Source: Candidatus Latescibacterota bacterium | Lineage (GTDB): Bacteria; Latescibacterota; UBA2968; GCA-2709665 | Length of the DNA stretch: 64,000 nucleotides | Reading direction: 5' to 3' | Assembly (NCBI GenBank): GCA_965237675.1 | Contig: OZ250150.1 | Span: 832,001-896,000 of the forward strand | Shown here: positions 60,569 through 64,000 of the stretch, in pieces | Numbering within the stretch: position 1 is the first letter of the stretch | Layout: the number at the start of each line of letters is the position of its first letter | Made by a program: the position numbers and the translations under genes | Notes under the pieces: model-generated | Told to the model about the DNA's origin: nothing | The model's database searches: none | What the model saw: only the letters and a program-made list of their open reading frames with translations

Positions 60569-61275
60569 TGTTATCCAATGACAATCACGGTAATGTATCC
60601 GCCACTCGTTGCCCCGGCTGTCATGCTGCGGAAGCGTCCGTGCGATTTTTTTACCGAGGGTTTCATTCATATCGTAGTGTTACAGTTTTCGTTACGGTTA
60701 AGCATAGCGAAGTCTCGGCAGACGAGGTATTGAATTTTCGGAATGACGTCGAAAATCCAAGAGTGTGTTTTAGATATTCATGTATAATCGAATATCAAAT
60801 TTAGATTTGATCGGCGATCAAACCTGTTTTTTTCGAGTCCCCGCCATACCCCGGACCGTATCCTGATCCTGCCCTGGCGGGATTTCCTGGAACGGCTCTG
60901 GAGCGGCGCGATCGTCCCGGCGGCATAGTCTAACCTTGATTCGTAAGTTTTCGTGGACGTTAATTCGAATATGTGCTAGTTAATAAAGGCGATTAGACGG
61001 CGGATTACCAGGATACACCAAGTCACTGGACGTGAACGGAAAAATGTCCTTCCGGACGACCTCAATACCCCGTTTTGCACCGGTACCTTCTGTGCCTTTT
61101 GTGCTTTTTGTGGCCAATTTGACTGTTGTCTTTTTTCGAATTGAGGCTAAGTTCCGCGCGATCCCGCGTTTGCACTTTTTCCCGTTACCCCTCTCCATGT
61201 TTTCCCACCGCCGCTTTTTCGTTTTCCGATCACCCGGTCCCGCGTCTCTCGCCTCCCCTGCCGGTTGGGTGTATA

Positions 61276-62136
61276 CTATCCCACGATCGCATTGATGTTC
61301 TGCACAATAATGTCCGTCGCGCCCAACGTGCGCAGGCGAATCAGAAGCCCCGCCGTCTGTGATTTGGGCACAACGGTTTCGATCGCGCTGGCGCAATCCG
61401 ACAAAGCGCTGAGTGTCGGCGCGCGTCGGGCGGGCAGCGCATTCAGAACGGCGGACTTGTGGCGATTGTCAATGTTCAATTTAACGAGTTGCTGGTTTTC
61501 TGCCTCGAGCGCACCGGCCATCAGATCTCCCAGGGCGACGAATTCGGAAATTCGGCTGCGTGCAATGACGACAATGGGAGATACCATGATTTCGTCTAAG
61601 ATTTGCAGGCCGTTTTCGCGCAGACTGATGCCCGTTATCGTGACACCCACGCCGGTGTCGAAAAGCTTCATCGCCACCTTGATCTCCGTGCTTCCGTGTG
61701 AGAAGTCGATATCCGCATTCGGATAGCGGTCGCGGGTGATGGCCGGATATTCGGAACTGATCGTCACTGTTGCATTTTGCGACAACGGCGGGCTGTCCGG
61801 CCGTCCGAACAGGATGACGCGCGCGGGGTCGCGGGTATCCCGGCTGATGTTCAGTTCCGCCTGGCGTCGAATTCGGGTGTCGAATTCGGCCCCGTGTGCG
61901 AGTTCGGTTTCGACCACGCAGTCCAATCCGCAGATTCCGCAGTCGATTTGTCCTTTCAACAGGGCCAGCGGAATATCCTGCGGGCGCATATAGACGGCCT
62001 GACTGAAAAGGTCGAGACCGTCTATCGCAACCTGACCGTTGCGTCCCCTGGGGCGAATGTCCAGGCCGATGCGGGAGAGCAGGTCGCACAGCGGACCTTG
62101 CATGCTGCCGTTGGGCAGACCGAGCGTGAAGTTCAT
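61276..62136 (-). CDS. hisG: ATP phosphoribosyltransferase (long form)
   Basis: LPNGS, RPQDIP, D.GI.G.D...E, GSTE, TG.SLRENGL and PTLS.L motifs. Confidence 0.92.
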   Translation of the reverse strand: MNFTLGLPNGSMQGPLCDLLSRIGLDIRPRGRNGQVAIDGLDLFSQAVYMRPQDIPLALLKGQIDCGICGLDCVVETELAHGAEFDTRIRRQAELNISRDTRDPARVILFGRPDSPPLSQNATVTISSEYPAITRDRYPNADIDFSHGSTEIKVAMKLFDTGVGVTITGISLRENGLQILDEIMVSPIVVIARSRISEFVALGDLMAGALEAENQQLVKLNIDNRHKSAVLNALPARRAPTLSALSDCASAIETVVPKSQTAGLLIRLRTLGATDIIVQNINAIVG

Positions 62137-62139
62137 GTG

Positions 62140-62568
62140 TCACTCCGGGATGGTTTTGGGATCCACGAAATTGAGTTTTCCATTGTCAATGCTGCGGTAA
62201 AAGCAACCGTAGCGTGTTCGATCGTTCTCCTTTGTGTGGCACGACCCATCGCCCTTCAGGCGCACCATATAGAGCAGTGAGTTCTGCTCGCAATTGATGC
62301 GGACGTCGATCAGTTCGAGCATATCCCCTGACGTTGCCCCCTTGATCCAGAGTTCGTCGCGCGATGTACTCCAGAATGTCGCCACTCGATGTTCAAGCGC
62401 GTGACCCAGCGCCTGTTCATTGGCGTAGCCGATCAGGAGTACCGCTTTGCTATCCACATCCTGGACGGCCACGGGAATGACGGCATGGCCGGTTTCTGCA
62501 ACCCTGGACAGCTTCTCGAAGTCGAGCTGGATGTCAGTGCCTTCTTCAATTGTGTGATTGGACGCCAT
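62140..62568 (-). CDS. hisI: Phosphoribosyl-AMP cyclohydrolase
   Basis: FWSTSR.ELW.KG.TSG, NCEQNSL and SCH...CFYR motifs. Confidence 0.92.
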   Translation of the reverse strand: MASNHTIEEGTDIQLDFEKLSRVAETGHAVIPVAVQDVDSKAVLLIGYANEQALGHALEHRVATFWSTSRDELWIKGATSGDMLELIDVRINCEQNSLLYMVRLKGDGSCHTKENDRTRYGCFYRSIDNGKLNFVDPKTIPE

Positions 62569-62659
62569 GGCGATTTCCTTCCTGCTTGGGAATTGTGGAC
62601 ATTCAAGCTTTGTCGATGATCGCTACGTATACGGTTCCCGTTTCGGGAACGAATCTGGA

Positions 62660-62939
62660 AATCCGCCAGCGGCGAGGTGTCGATGCCCAGGACGTCAAAC
62701 CCCTTCTGTTGAAGGTGGATGGCATGTCGGCCGGGCCCGCAGCCGATATCGAGTACGCGTCCTGAAACATAGTTCATCGACTCCTGATGAAGTGGCGGCC
62801 AGTCACTAAAGGGCTTGAAATAATCGCTCGACTTACCGGTCGATATGAGCCCATCTTCGCGTTCCACGATTTCCCGGGCGTCCACGCCTTGATGAACGTC
62901 CTACATCATACGTCCGTAAGCGTCGTCATTGTGTGCCAT
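62660..62939 (-). pseudogene. Class I SAM methyltransferase pseudogene
   Basis: In-frame TAG at codon 13; [11 protein letters not shown] motif; protein-like sequence is lost after GIDTSPLA. Confidence 0.75.
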
Positions 62940-63018
62940 TTCTCAGTCACCTGTCGAAAATAAGCCAAACCAGTGAGATTGCCGTCATCGGCGAATCCGC
63001 TCATCGCCGCCACCCATC

Positions 63019-63052
63019 AAAAAAGCCCGCTGTCTCTCGACAGCGGGCTTTT
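63019..63052 (-). terminator. Attenuator terminator
   Basis: GCCCGCTGTC-gaga-GACAGCGGGC followed by U6. Confidence 0.9.
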
Positions 63053-63076
63053 GTTTCCTACGCTTGAAATTAAGGA

Positions 63077-63220
63077 CTAGGCCACCGCCGAGCAAATTAC
63101 GCGAAGGGTCGCGGAACCGCTATGATGGGTATGGCGATGGGCGGTGTGGGAGTACCGGATCCCCGTTGGAATGTCGTTGGGTCTTCGGGGAATGGCCGCA
63201 ATGTTATTCAGTGGTTTCAT
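63077..63220 (-). CDS. hisL: his operon leader peptide (47 aa)
   Basis: HTAHRHTHH gives 5 His in 9 codons; lies directly upstream of the terminator and his genes. Confidence 0.75.
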   Translation of the reverse strand: MKPLNNIAAIPRRPNDIPTGIRYSHTAHRHTHHSGSATLRVICSAVA

Positions 63221-63229
63221 AGCGCCACT

Positions 63230-63258
63230 AAAATAGACAAGCCGCGTTTGCCCGTCAA
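63230..63258 (-). promoter_or_regulatory. Sigma70-like promoter of the his leader
   Basis: TTGACG-N17-TATTTT, ending 9 nt before the leader ATG. Confidence 0.65.
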
Positions 63259-63401
63259 GGATTTTCTTCCAATACGCACCGTCGGGGCCACGTCCTTTTG
63301 CGTTGTATACGGGGGTTTGATTGCCTATTTTACGGCGATTTCGATTGTCGATGTCAACGCCGATTTTTAGCGGCGAGGACAAGATGCCCTCGATCCGGGA
63401 A

Positions 63402-63441
63402 CCTCTCCCCCCGGCCCCCTCTCCTAAAGGAAAGGGGGAGG
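63402..63441. repeat. REP-like purine/pyrimidine hairpin
   Basis: CCTCTCCCCCCGGCCCCCTCTCC-taaa-GGAAAGGGGGAG. Confidence 0.4.
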
Positions 63442-63560
63442 AAAACCAGGGTTGACCTATCGCGATAATTTGCCACGTTTATACATCGACCTCCCGCCTG
63501 GAACGCAGTTCCGCAAAGCAAAAAGCCCGTGTACCATACGTTGAATGAGAGGATCTGGAA

Positions 63561-64000
63561 ATGTCGAAGGTGAATCCCAATGCGCTGACCGTTTCGATTG
63601 AGACCCCCATGCCGCCGCCGGAATGGGCGGTACTTGAAAGAGCATTAATTCGGGCGCAGACGCGTGCATGCGAAGCGTTCTTCAACCGGTACTTTGACTC
63701 ACGGGGTTATCTCCAGTGCGTACCCCGGTGGGGTGGCAACGACGGACCGGACGACGCGATCGAAAATCTGACAGGCTGGCCGATTCTCCACGCGGTCGGT
63801 GCGCCGGATTGCATTCTGAAGATGTACAAGCTGGGGTGGGAGGGACACCTGTTGCAGTATACGGAGGCGAAAACCGTGGAGGTGCCGCTGGCCCGGGATG
63901 GGATGATCTATAAAGAGTTTCCGGTGAGCCTGGACTGGTTCCACCACGGTGAGAGCCTGGCCGTCTTCAATTTACAGGGATTGTCGGATCCATACGATAT
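63561..64000 (+). CDS. 3'-partial hypothetical protein
   Basis: RBS GAGGA; MSKVNP...PPEWAVLER...RWGGNDGPDDAIEN, open to the window end. Confidence 0.75.
   Translation, partial: MSKVNPNALTVSIETPMPPPEWAVLERALIRAQTRACEAFFNRYFDSRGYLQCVPRWGGNDGPDDAIENLTGWPILHAVGAPDCILKMYKLGWEGHLLQYTEAKTVEVPLARDGMIYKEFPVSLDWFHHGESLAVFNLQGLSDPYD

Noticed and set aside
60980-61270. 138-aa ORF and short pyrimidine-rich 8-9-mer repeats downstream of hisG
   Set aside because: Low-complexity intergenic repeats (TTTGTG units) with no spacers; the ORF is their by-product.
62901-62903. Pyrrolysine or read-through at the TAG in the methyltransferase
   Set aside because: The gene is also truncated downstream, so a simple nonsense mutation (e.g. 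TGG->TAG) in a pseudogene is more parsimonious.
1-64000. tRNA or rRNA genes
   Set aside because: No cloverleaf with T-loop GTTCGA and acceptor stem, and no rRNA-like segment recognised by eye. A tRNAscan run would be needed to exclude them fully.

Overview
This is a 64 kb GC-rich bacterial window. Dockerin-like EF-hand tags, cadherin/FN3 giant proteins, PhyH dioxygenases and TPR proteins suggest a Latescibacterota/Poribacteria-like, possibly sponge-associated organism (inference only). Layout: (1) 1-10.4 kb holds metabolic genes: DUF3047, a beta-barrel-like protein, a transketolase-like protein, a sugar isomerase, a YagF/YjhG xylonate dehydratase, an Sfp PPTase and a homocysteine S-methyltransferase. 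The methyltransferase has an in-frame UGA directly before its Cys-Cys motif, followed by a SECIS-like hairpin. (2) 10.5-33 kb is a defence island with every gene on the minus strand: AAA-DUF4143, DUF6978/DUF1828, GIY-YIG, TPR, a coupled DUF4365-unknown-SIR2 trio, two Schlafen/AlbA_2 proteins, an MmeI-like RM enzyme, a HEPN-like protein, an ABC ATPase with DUF4276, Fic, MazE and Phd-VapC. It separates two betaine-catabolism genes. (3) 33-44 kb is metabolic. (4) 44.5-54 kb is an AT-richer mosaic with a complete 5.19 kb IS1595 element (24-bp TIRs, 8-bp TSD, about ten passenger ORFs, mostly in tail-to-tail modules) and an IS1380. (5) A 2099-aa cadherin/FN3 surface protein follows. (6) hisI-hisG lie under a His-leader attenuator. 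No rRNA, tRNA or CRISPR array was seen. All family assignments come from motif recognition by eye, not database searches.
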